This document shows positions 29,001 to 35,853 of a DNA stretch of 64,000 nt, in pieces. The position numbers were made by a program, and so were the translations under genes. The stretch covers positions 381,827 through 445,826 of the forward strand of contig CAKVNK010000001.1 of the NCBI GenBank assembly GCA_934777435.1, read 5' to 3'. The stretch is from an uncultured Clostridia bacterium (GTDB lineage Bacteria; Bacillota; Clostridia; Christensenellales; UBA1242). Each line of letters opens with the position of its first letter. Position 1 is the stretch's first letter. The notes under the pieces were generated by a model. The model was not told the origin of the DNA and ran no database searches. It was given only the letters and a program-made list of their open reading frames with translations.

Positions 29001-30083
29001 GTTGGTTTTGCTTACCATAACTTTTAAGTTATTAAAGCAGATATATAAATCTTGTCCAACATAGCCAACACTTATTTGATGTGTTGTGCCGTCTAAATTC
29101 ACATTTAAGTTTGCAAAAGCGTCAACATCGTTGTTAAAGTCCACATCAACATTGCCATTTACGCCGATATTAAACTTGCCTGTCATATTGGCTTTTAAAT
29201 TTAAGTGGAATTTTTTGTTGGTTAAAATTTCTTTAACACTATCTAGAATGTTTAAAGTTTTTGTAACATCAACATATTCTTTTTCTTGCTCTGGACTAAT
29301 GATTTCAATGGTTTCGTCCTTAACCAAGTTTGCGTTAAGGTTTGCTGTGTTGCCCTCAAATTGAAGGTTGTTTGCTTCCACTTTTTTGATAACATAGTTT
29401 GCATCTGTGATAAAGTTTAAAGCCAAAGTTTCTGTTAAGTTCAAAGGTAAAAGAAAATCGCCAGATTCAAGCACTTGTGCTTTCATTGTTTGGAAGTTTG
29501 ACATAATTGCGTCAACATCTAACTTCTCCTTCATACTAGCTAAATCAATGTCAATACCAAGGGTTGGCAACAATGCAAGCACTTTGCTTAAACTGTTAAC
29601 TTCCATTTTGATGTTCATTGATTGGTTGGCAATAAATAATCTGCCGTCCATATAAGTTAAGTCGATACTGATTGTTTGACCACTCATTTTAACATTGATT
29701 GTGCCTGTAACTTTGATGTTTTCAAGGTCCGGCATACTGAGTTTACCGTTAAATTCAACTTCCATCTTTGGTGTTGGTTGTGTTGCGTCTGCCAAAAGGT
29801 GTGTATTTGAATATTTTGTGTTTATTGTTTGAGGTGTTGGTTGTGTTGTTGTTTCATAGACATTAAAGTTAAGGTTTATGTTTGTGCCCCCCATATTAAG
29901 CAGACCGTCCAAAAGTTTTTCGCCGTCTGATTTTTCGGTTGGTTTGTTAGGAGTTTCAATATTTGTATGGTTGTTATCATGGCTATTAGAGCGTATTAAA
30001 AGGCTGCTTGTGGCAATAGTGCCAAAAGCTGCTGCAAATGCTACAAATATAAATGTTAATGCGTAAAGTAAAAACTTTTTCAT
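23049..30083 (-). CDS. giant modular surface protein (about seven ~200-aa tandem modules plus C-terminal Listeria-Bacteroides repeats)
   Basis: 2344 aa from the ATG with AAGGAG RBS (MKKFLLYALTFIF signal/TM). Modules start with x-LN-x-LSG-x-x-N-x-V and end with DG-T-x-Y-x-x-x-NLK-x-K. C-terminal F.GW(Y/F)...(I/L)YA(K/N)W repeats follow. Confidence 0.8.
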   Translation of the reverse strand: MKKFLLYALTFIFVAFAAAFGTIATSSLLIRSNSHDNNHTNIETPNKPTEKSDGEKLLDGLLNMGGTNINLNFNVYETTTQPTPQTINTKYSNTHLLADATQPTPKMEVEFNGKLSMPDLENIKVTGTINVKMSGQTISIDLTYMDGRLFIANQSMNIKMEVNSLSKVLALLPTLGIDIDLASMKEKLDVDAIMSNFQTMKAQVLESGDFLLPLNLTETLALNFITDANYVIKKVEANNLQFEGNTANLNANLVKDETIEIISPEQEKEYVDVTKTLNILDSVKEILTNKKFHLNLKANMTGKFNIGVNGNVDVDFNNDVDAFANLNVNLDGTTHQISVGYVGQDLYICFNNLKVMVSKTNLQAVVDTISSQFNIEQAGQNLLVKIAKIIPGFELSKILEGDLSNININNLLKFARGEENVIIVTLKGKALGIENDLKIEIALDENDQLSSITLANIKLLDSNLSAKISYSSQVEIPAINKAQYTSLNDLSGLTNAVINTVKQIKATKQVSLNLATNIVADGKPVAVNGVVTVDFNTNLKISANLVANLFNKTISVQASVVDGTVYMVVDNLKFKATFDDFKNILASIKLALNNQAVLQVADLAKQILANTSVIIDVVACNLNKLPQNVVAVISSTAGKFGLQLDKQLLNSEQNVDILLNYGTQISSIVLSNLDINNVHATASVSLGATAFEFDTTSYQFTALKNANKLISAVMNTVDNFKANNKFAVNIASSLIVKGKTVAVNGDMAYNNGTIYVNLNAVVEGKTIPVEAHIKDNVIYLNLDGLKVKLPISKITDLTTILGGSVDVNAVLKEILPNFNFEQIKAGDFSSLSLGLIESIEIGETTARIELSNAYIATKTNIVLKLTYGESLQALSISGIDIKDIQANANVTVYNTYGVPEIIGEYSDLSNITNLATAVKQTVENLSNKQFALDLNLNIKKADLNLGVNGKLYLDLSNLNKPYNIESIKAYANLNFVLNSSYAVELWLENGVAYINFQNQKIKISVESIKALIETIKPLLPTNETKTEFDLTSLISGSVLEELLNKDFSNLTMALIKNISLTENILQIGLAKELINLNQDVDLTVGYGTAVESLKIANLSISDIQANANINLDYAFVPSTVNTAEFNNLSGVENLVSSALTTVNNITKTKQIALSVNNMFVKLKGKTYALTGTVYADLNNAFTKTEQGTEFNLAGLTAYVNLAVVDTAKNYTHNITAQVIDGTIYVKYNNLKLSLDVANLKDIIAVLKQIKFISDNLITQDLSNISMRDLVEQSKQTTSTESKFDALAFAKSILPGLDIDALINKDFSKLDLSVLSHISIENQTLRVVFAKHLFDSNEDLEFNINFNDSITGLRFDGLNIKGISASGDVAILNSFDMPSVDASEYTSLNNLKSAVNSALNTAVEVVDNKHISFGLQTQLTNTKTTYNENNQPISTTETVVNLLPTSNAKFVWTNAYSMVDGKNKFDFTKMQISINLNAVTTTNTYEHSSTGARSDTVARTVNNEHTIQINYLNNVAYVRYNNMYVKINGENIVQIINNVCELLGVETGSSVIDSIKNLIGQANDKSILNKLSIEMLKSISLTDSNLSLIADLSNMGFNTSVFNKLKLSVDYSPERLTKVTLKDLTYKNNAIDKVEICLNEFEPIGALPEGDYIDLSGVGNLLEAVNNSKNFKDFEIDGSVKLKINVIGINIDWNIPVNAKIKLLENGKFEASVKMGAIPVVVGVNNDVPFKTGNLSAGDKRMLYIYIKNEMVYIYRTEKITTLSGTKTYEKKMKVHMDTFLEDPLYYLLQYGFGMSDKIMSAINDSMNKQRQNPLDYSNILKGFNASSNYYALTLNLKELAENDQLDTMTLGIRTTDYNGKQVVRGITLDVFMPVASSVEITIKTDNLNLVNIGGETDMQTMYDFVSNNSGLQEGAAWDAYDGDWKLSSQREFTLKFETNSIHTVADVKGIAGTEFALPVLENYYVDSATERTYYNFVGWYTSKDFAMGTEYAEHILPRKDLTIYAKWETVVKKYVTINFVTNGGEAKDSITLLEGETFELPTYVDLLIEVVGNTTYTKQFEGWFVDESLTTEFASNVAPSQNTVLYAKWVIMDSATSYQLTIYDAGQKLLVRRVLVGQTLTLNGSQFKDDTLYYLDSNFTNQIDIANFTMPEQDIELHIRNKYTAKIVSVKGTILDYAISLYQGETFDVASQSSSDWDTYANGQLSQHIYLTFNGYYIDETKVEDISSITMPNSDIEVIASWDEQIKNYFTISFSKDTNITSAYKSDISFPVESLLVLEGETINLSNYTPTWVYSTGKWVVKWWHYEFEGWSTSKGGSNITSLTVTGDTTIYANWNGVVKTGKN

Positions 30084-30165
30084 TATTTTCTCCTTCAACC
30101 AACTAGGTTGACCTTGTTGCCTTAAACTTGGTGCTTTAATTCTGTTTGTATTTTTGTTTGTTTTA

Positions 30166-31236
30166 TTAAATGTAAGTTTTATCTGTCAACGCTGGAATTT
30201 CAAAGTCTTGGTCGTAACTGAAAGTGTTGCTTAATCTACCAACACTTTTGTTTTCACCAACAATATAAACTGAATATCTTTCATAACTGGTGAATTGGAT
30301 AATTCTAAATTGAGCATCCATTTCAACTGTGATTTCTGGGTTTGCTGTAAAGTCAGGATAATCTTTCAAATTACCAGTATCTTTCATTGTTTTAACATAG
30401 TTCACAACCGCCTTGCTTTTATCAAGGGTAAGGTTGAAAACATAATTGCCATCAGCGTTTTTCGTTACACTGCTGGCTGTAACCACGGTTTTGGAAGACA
30501 CAATAAATGTCATATATTCATTGAGCGTGCTACCAAATTTGCTTTTATACTGTGCAACAGTTTTAACATCGTTTGCCCCAGTGTTATCTGGTGTGGTTGC
30601 CCAGTTTACAGTGGTTTTGCCAGACATTGAGCCTTTATAGTGCCTAATATCTTGTCCGTCAACATAATAACGATTAAGGGCCTTAACAAATGAACTTACG
30701 CTTACGTTTTCATAGAAAATTTTATCGTTCATTCTGATTGTCCTTGCATTGATTGATTGTGTTATTCCAGATGATTTAACACTACCAACACCAACAACAC
30801 TCACACGTGGACAATTAAAAGTTGTGTCAAATGCCAACACACAGCACTTGGTTGCACCAAGTTCTTCTGGCGTTTTTGTGGCAGATTCTGTGCGGATTTC
30901 TGACACATTGTCAAGCAAAGCACTAACTTCAAAGTTATAGCGGTTTGGATCAAGGCTTCTTGGCCTTAAATAAATGCCTACACTTACACCAGTTACAAGC
31001 CCAACCATACATACAATAAGCAAGTTAACCAACGTGGTTTTATTCATCATTGGCGGTGCATTTTTACGTGCTTCTTTTCTAATTGCCTTTTTTTCTTGTT
31101 TCGTTTTGGCATTTTTAAGTGCCAATTTAACATCAGCCAAACGTTGTTTTTCTTTTTGTTTGGCTGTTATTCTATTCTCTTTGGCTTGTTGTTTTTTAGC
31201 CAACTTTTCTTCTTTAGTCAATTTTTTCTTTTCCAT
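30166..31236 (-). CDS. single-pass membrane protein with Lys/Glu-rich cytoplasmic N-terminus
   Basis: 356 aa; ~65 aa of K/E/Q-rich sequence, TM LVNLLIVCMVGLVTGVSVGIYL, then a ~260-aa external domain; 23-nt overlap with the upstream gene. Confidence 0.55.
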   Translation of the reverse strand: MEKKKLTKEEKLAKKQQAKENRITAKQKEKQRLADVKLALKNAKTKQEKKAIRKEARKNAPPMMNKTTLVNLLIVCMVGLVTGVSVGIYLRPRSLDPNRYNFEVSALLDNVSEIRTESATKTPEELGATKCCVLAFDTTFNCPRVSVVGVGSVKSSGITQSINARTIRMNDKIFYENVSVSSFVKALNRYYVDGQDIRHYKGSMSGKTTVNWATTPDNTGANDVKTVAQYKSKFGSTLNEYMTFIVSSKTVVTASSVTKNADGNYVFNLTLDKSKAVVNYVKTMKDTGNLKDYPDFTANPEITVEMDAQFRIIQFTSYERYSVYIVGENKSVGRLSNTFSYDQDFEIPALTDKTYI

Positions 31237-31969
31237 TTGCTACCTTCTGCACATCAGTATGAGTGTGCGGTTTTAACGATTTTGCCAAACTCCAAAGCAT
31301 TCTGAGTGGCAAAGTTGATATCCTTGCAATCTGCCTTACGCTGGCCTTTGTAACGCTGAAAATCTGTGATAATGCCTTATTCATAAAGCCTTTTGGCATA
31401 TTTTTTAAGTTTTCAGGTTGTATGTTAAAAGTGTTGATAATGTAGTTTGTAACTTCTTGGTCAGTCATCTTAATTGCTTGTTTATTTTGCTTTAACTGAT
31501 TGCAATGCTCTAAAAATGCTGACTTCGTTTTGAAAAAGTTGAGTGGATAACCAGTTTTTACAAACTGATTTGCAAAATAATCTTGACTGGACGACATCGC
31601 TTCTGAATTGATTTCAGCCGCAGAGTGAACATTAACAATCAGTTGCCAAACATCTTCCATTGTGTGGGCTGGATAACTTGCGTATCTGCCATCAAAGATT
31701 TTTCCGCTTCTGTTATGCAATTTGTTGTACCATTTTGCAAACTTGATTGTTTGTGTGCGGATAATCACATCAAGTGGATTTTCCGTTTCCTTAACCACAA
31801 ACAAAAAAGCATTGTTAAGCAAGGTGTAGCCTAACAAAAATGTGTTATTTTGAACTAAAATATTTAAAAAGTTTGTTTTGTCTAATGCGTCAAAAGCAAC
31901 ATCTTCAACGCTTTTAAGATAAACCATATATATTCCAAGTTCGCTCTTTTCCCTTGCTTTTCGAGCCAC
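31214..31969 (-). CDS. IS200/Y1-transposase-like (COG1943-type) protein lacking the HUH and Tyr motifs, with C-terminal DnaA-C-like HTH
   Basis: 251 aa; MARKAREKSELGIYMVY..., LLGYTLLNNAFLFVVKE (normally NHVHLL), FAKWYNKLHNRSGKIFDGRYAS, C-terminal KASVRQIARISTLPL HTH. Confidence 0.6.
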   Translation of the reverse strand: MARKAREKSELGIYMVYLKSVEDVAFDALDKTNFLNILVQNNTFLLGYTLLNNAFLFVVKETENPLDVIIRTQTIKFAKWYNKLHNRSGKIFDGRYASYPAHTMEDVWQLIVNVHSAAEINSEAMSSSQDYFANQFVKTGYPLNFFKTKSAFLEHCNQLKQNKQAIKMTDQEVTNYIINTFNIQPENLKNMPKGFMNKALSQIFSVTKASVRQIARISTLPLRMLWSLAKSLKPHTHTDVQKVANGKEKID

Positions 31970-32332
31970 TTAAATTTCTCCCAAATCTGCTAAAAGTGCT
32001 TGCCTAATTTCTTATGCTTGTCAAAATATTGTGTTTTAAAAGCCAAAATCTTAACAAATTTAGCACTAATAGCATAGTTATACTAACAAAAACACAAGGT
32101 GTTGTCAATGGTTTAGTGTCCCTTTTGCAACATTTTTTAAAAATTTACCTATTTTTTTGTGTAAATACGGTCAATTTTACACCAAATCTGCAATTTTGCC
32201 ATTTTGCTATCAATTTTGACGCTTCAAAGCCTAAATTTCGCCTTGATTGTGGGTTTAACTGCTATTCATTTCTCTTAGATTGTGAATACTCAACAATTTG
32301 AAAAAAGAGAAAAGTAAATTTGCCCTATGTGG

Positions 32333-32360
32333 TTGACAAATGCCATAAATAGTGTATAAT
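32333..32360 (+). promoter_or_regulatory. sigma-70-type promoter of the NDK-like gene
   Basis: TTGACA (32333-32338), 16-nt spacer, TATAAT (32355-32360), 29 nt before the AAGGAG-led ATG. Confidence 0.6.
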
Positions 32361-32389
32361 ACAATCAGTTTAATAATTAAGGAGTTTTT

Positions 32390-32995
32390 ATGAAAAGTCA
32401 TGTTGAAAGAATTAAAGATTTCGTCAACGGTTCAGACAAATATCAATACACATTTATCGCTTTAAAACCAAATGCCTTTGACCTTACCGCAATTGATGTG
32501 GTTATGAGCAAATTGGCAGAAAATAACCTTGAAGTTGTTTGGCACGGTCCAGCAATTTACACACCAGAAAATGTTAAAAAGCATTATAAAGAAATTTACG
32601 ACGCTGCTATGGCTGACCCAAATAGTAAATATCACGATATTCTCATTTTCTTGTTGGAATATTTAACAAGTGGTCCTATTTATGGTTTGGTTGTCACAGG
32701 TCCTATGAAAGATGTTGTTAAATTTACAAAACAACTTGCTGGTGCAACCAAAGACCCAGCCCCAGGCACAATGAGATACAACCTTGCAAAACGCAAAGGC
32801 ATTGAATATGATAAAGATAGAAATGGTATTCACGCTTCTGGCGAAGTTGATGAAGCAAGACGTGAAATTGCAAACTTTATCAGTGCTTATTACACAAATG
32901 TTTCCTTCACCCTTGAAGAAGCACAACAAGCAGCAAAAATATCTGACTTTATTAACAATTACAAAGATTGCCAAGAACACACACTTGAAAGATAA
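32390..32995 (+). CDS. nucleoside-diphosphate-kinase-like protein with N- and C-terminal extensions
   Basis: 201 aa; FIALKPNAF (NDK IKPD-like), RNGIHASGE (NxxH active-site His block); longer than canonical Ndk. Confidence 0.55.
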   Translation: MKSHVERIKDFVNGSDKYQYTFIALKPNAFDLTAIDVVMSKLAENNLEVVWHGPAIYTPENVKKHYKEIYDAAMADPNSKYHDILIFLLEYLTSGPIYGLVVTGPMKDVVKFTKQLAGATKDPAPGTMRYNLAKRKGIEYDKDRNGIHASGEVDEARREIANFISAYYTNVSFTLEEAQQAAKISDFINNYKDCQEHTLER

Positions 32996-33393
32996 AGATA
33001 TTAAATTGCTAACTAATTTTGTAGCATAACAAAGGAGAAATGGACAATGGAAGATGTTGTTAAATTTACAAAGAAACTTGCCGGTGCAACTAAAGACCCA
33101 GCCCCAGGCGCAATGAGATACAACCTTGCAAAACGCAAAGGCATTGAATATGATAAAGATAGAAATGGTATTCACGCTTCTGGCGAAGTTGATGAAGTAA
33201 AACGTGAAATTGCAAACTTTATCAGTGATCATCACACAAATGTTTCTTTCCCACCCGAAGAAGCAAAACAAGCAGCAGAAATATCTGACTCTATTGACAG
33301 TTGCACAGATTGCCAAGAACATACACTTGAAAGATAAGATATTAAATCGCTAACTAATTTTGTAGCATAACAAAGGAGAAATGGACAATGGAA
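32711..33393 (+). repeat. tandem duplication, two units of 342/341 bp
   Basis: Unit = last ~95 codons of the NDK-like gene plus the 51-nt spacer and the first codons of the next gene. The leader GATATTAAAT(T/C)GCTAACTAATTTTGTAGCATAACAAAGGAGAAATGGACAATGGAAGA occurs at 32998 and 33338. Confidence 0.9.
33047..33337 (+). CDS. truncated NDK-like paralogue (C-terminal half only) created by the duplication
   Basis: 96 aa, roughly 84 percent identical to residues 106-201 of the upstream protein; uses the RBS and ATG-GAA-GA start of the downstream gene. Confidence 0.5.
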   Translation: MEDVVKFTKKLAGATKDPAPGAMRYNLAKRKGIEYDKDRNGIHASGEVDEVKREIANFISDHHTNVSFPPEEAKQAAEISDSIDSCTDCQEHTLER

Positions 33394-33861
33394 GAACGTT
33401 TGGTTGAATTACAAGATAGCCCATATTTTAGACGTGAAGTGGAACATGACGCACGTGAAGGTGTTTATGAAGACTGTGTTTACAACACAAAAAATGGTCA
33501 AGAGTATTTTATGTTCTACGGCAACGGCTGTGCTTTGCACTTTTATGAAAATGGTATGTTGGTGGAAAACCGCACACCATACAGTGTTGAAAACAATTTG
33601 CAAAAATTCACTTTTTACAACAATGACGGCAATGTTGTTTTGGAAATAGACAACTTTGAAAATGACAAAGACCTGGCAAAGCCATTTATGTCAACAAAAG
33701 CATCTCACACTCTCAGTGTTGAAGTGTATAAACGTAATATTGTTGTGATTGAAAAAACTTTTGACGGCAGGCTTATCCGCTCCACTGCTTATGATGTTAA
33801 AACTGGTCAAGCGGTTGAGTTGGAAAAATCAAACGGCGTTCAATTATCCTTTGACATTTAA
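33388..33861 (+). CDS. hypothetical protein
   Basis: 157 aa ORF with GGAGA RBS; no motif recognised. Confidence 0.5.
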   Translation: MEERLVELQDSPYFRREVEHDAREGVYEDCVYNTKNGQEYFMFYGNGCALHFYENGMLVENRTPYSVENNLQKFTFYNNDGNVVLEIDNFENDKDLAKPFMSTKASHTLSVEVYKRNIVVIEKTFDGRLIRSTAYDVKTGQAVELEKSNGVQLSFDI

Positions 33862-33990
33862 TTAAAGTTTGGAAATATAATTAAAACATATATTATTAAA
33901 ACATCAATGTTTAATTAAAATCAGTTTAATTATAGTAAACAAAATGATTTTATTTAAAGATAAAAAATTCGATTTATTACGAACAATAAA

Positions 33991-34027
33991 AAAACAAAAG
34001 AACACTATATCTAGTGTTCTTTTTTAT
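33991..34027. terminator. bidirectional intrinsic terminator
   Basis: AAGAACACTA-tatc-TAGTGTTCTT 10-bp stem, A-run before and T-run after. Confidence 0.75.
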
Positions 34028-34067
34028 TTTGTCTATTGCATTTTGTGTTTTACACCAAGTCTACGAT

Positions 34068-35087
34068 TTAGTTTTCATCCATAGTGTAAACTTTATAAAT
34101 TGCTTGTTCAATAGCGTCAACTGCTTTTTTAGGTTTAATTTCACCATTAACAATGCGTTGGTAAGTTTCAAGCAAATATGCCCTTAATTGCATTGCATCA
34201 CTAACTTGGTTGTTGTAATTTATCATCCTTCTAATCAAGCCTGTAACCGCTTGTTTGCCTTCGATTGATTGGAAAGGCAATTCAGGGTTGCAAGTGCCCT
34301 GTTTAACAAGTTCCATACCAAAGGTTAAGTTATGGCTGTTTTTATCATACATTGTGGCATCGTAGTCACCCAACAAGGGCAAACGGCGTGCTGTTTTTGG
34401 TAAGCATTGCATAGCCTCCAAATATCTTTCCATTTCAGCCAAACTTGCACACATCAGTGAACCACGCAAAGTGTCGTTATGTGAACCAACGCACATACCA
34501 CCTAAACCGCCATAAACATTTTTGGCAGCAGCACAAATTTCAACACCTTTAACGTCAAACAAAGGAAAAAGTGTGAAATTTGAATTTGTTAAAAGGTTTG
34601 CCACATGCTTTGCCATTTTAGAATCATAGCCAGCAACAACCATATGTGTTTTTTCACCGACAACGATTGATTGTGGGTGACCTGGACCTGCAAGCACGCA
34701 GATATTATCCTTATCAACGCCATTATCAATCAAAATTTCGCTTAAAGTGCGACCGGTTGTTTGTTCTATGCCTTTCATTGCCAAAATATATTTTTTGTTT
34801 TCATAGCCTGGAACTTGTTTGATTTCTTGCATCATTTCGTCCACACTTTGGCTTAAAATTGAGATGATAACATATTCACCAAAATTAAGTGTTTTTGCCA
34901 AATCATGTGTGGTTTTTAATGTGCTTGCTGACAAATCAACATACGCATTTTTATGTTCCTTATAAAATTGGCTTTCTTCCTTACCTTCAAAAACTTTTTC
35001 CCACACCAAAACATTATGTTTATTTTCAACACAAAGCCAAGCCATTGTTGATGCCCAACGGCCAGAGCCTATAATACCTATTTTCAT
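34068..35087 (-). CDS. gpsA: NAD(P)H-dependent glycerol-3-phosphate dehydrogenase-like
   Basis: 339 aa; MKIGIIGSGRWAST Rossmann start, AAAKNVYGGLGGMCVG block typical of GpsA. Confidence 0.65.
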   Translation of the reverse strand: MKIGIIGSGRWASTMAWLCVENKHNVLVWEKVFEGKEESQFYKEHKNAYVDLSASTLKTTHDLAKTLNFGEYVIISILSQSVDEMMQEIKQVPGYENKKYILAMKGIEQTTGRTLSEILIDNGVDKDNICVLAGPGHPQSIVVGEKTHMVVAGYDSKMAKHVANLLTNSNFTLFPLFDVKGVEICAAAKNVYGGLGGMCVGSHNDTLRGSLMCASLAEMERYLEAMQCLPKTARRLPLLGDYDATMYDKNSHNLTFGMELVKQGTCNPELPFQSIEGKQAVTGLIRRMINYNNQVSDAMQLRAYLLETYQRIVNGEIKPKKAVDAIEQAIYKVYTMDEN

Positions 35088-35286
35088 ATTTCTCCTTAAA
35101 GCAAAACTAAAATTAAAATTTATTGCGAAAGTTTATTGTTCATTTAAGCCGATTAATGCAACTTGTTTTTGTTTTGTTTAGTTGTTATTTAGCCAAAATA
35201 AGCACTCTTTCGCCTCACGATATGTTAATTATAATGTCTAATATACATTTTGTCAAATGTTTAATTAACAGCAAACCTAACACACA

Positions 35287-35318
35287 TAAAAAAACCAACC
35301 AGCATTAACTGATTGGTT
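35287..35318 (-). terminator. intrinsic terminator ending the dlt-like operon
   Basis: AACCAATCAG-ttaatg-CTGGTTGGTT (one mismatch) followed by T8 on the minus strand; the stop codon lies in the loop. Confidence 0.6.
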
Positions 35319-35853
35319 TACAAACACAAAGTTCAAAGCCTTTGCCTGATTTTGTTTTATACTTAAAATTTGGGTTGCGTTCAAAAATTGTTTTTAAATC
35401 TTGGTTAAAACCTTCACCTTTGCATTTAATCAAACTTTCCTTTTTTGCCCAAAGTTTGGTTAATTCCCTTGCTGGGTTACGGCTGTTATTAACTTGCTCC
35501 AACTCTTTTTCATTGCAAATTGTTTTTGCCAAAGCCTTATCATAAGGCAAAATTGTTTGAACGTCCACCCCAACGGTTTTATTGCTGATTGCCACAGCCA
35601 ACATATTGCCAGAGTGCGACAAACTGAACTGTTTTGCACCTTCAAAATAAGGTTTGCCACGGTTGCCATACTTAATCAAACTTAAATCAATATTGAGTTT
35701 TTTTGCCAAATATGTGTACTCAAAAATGGTAACTGCACGGTCAAACTTGTCAACCTTTTTGTTTGCATAATCTTTTATATTTTGTGGCAAGGTCTGTTCG
35801 GTTTTTGCCAGCCACAAATCGTCAAATTTTAAATTACGGAACAATTTTACCAT
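35305..35853 (-). CDS. Sfp-type 4'-phosphopantetheinyl transferase
   Basis: 182 aa; RGKPYF...SLSHSGNMLAVAIS...VGVDVQ and LWAKKESLIKCKG motifs; overlaps the end of the DltD-like gene. Confidence 0.7.
   Translation of the reverse strand: MVKLFRNLKFDDLWLAKTEQTLPQNIKDYANKKVDKFDRAVTIFEYTYLAKKLNIDLSLIKYGNRGKPYFEGAKQFSLSHSGNMLAVAISNKTVGVDVQTILPYDKALAKTICNEKELEQVNNSRNPARELTKLWAKKESLIKCKGEGFNQDLKTIFERNPNFKYKTKSGKGFELCVCKPIS

Noticed and set aside
23049-30098. Many 60-124-aa plus-strand ORFs (e.g. 24868-25134, 25747-26121, 28696-29064) inside the giant minus-strand gene, and similar ones inside 18313-22806
   Set aside because: They lie antisense to a long, well-supported CDS, have no RBS, and are hydrophobic and low-complexity as expected from the reverse complement of the Asn/Lys/Val-rich coding strand. 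They are treated as spurious.
32663-33322. 219-aa minus-strand ORF with an internal repeat, antisense to the NDK-like genes
   Set aside because: Its repeat simply mirrors the 342-bp tandem duplication on the coding strand. It has no RBS and a Cys/Phe-rich nonsense-like composition.
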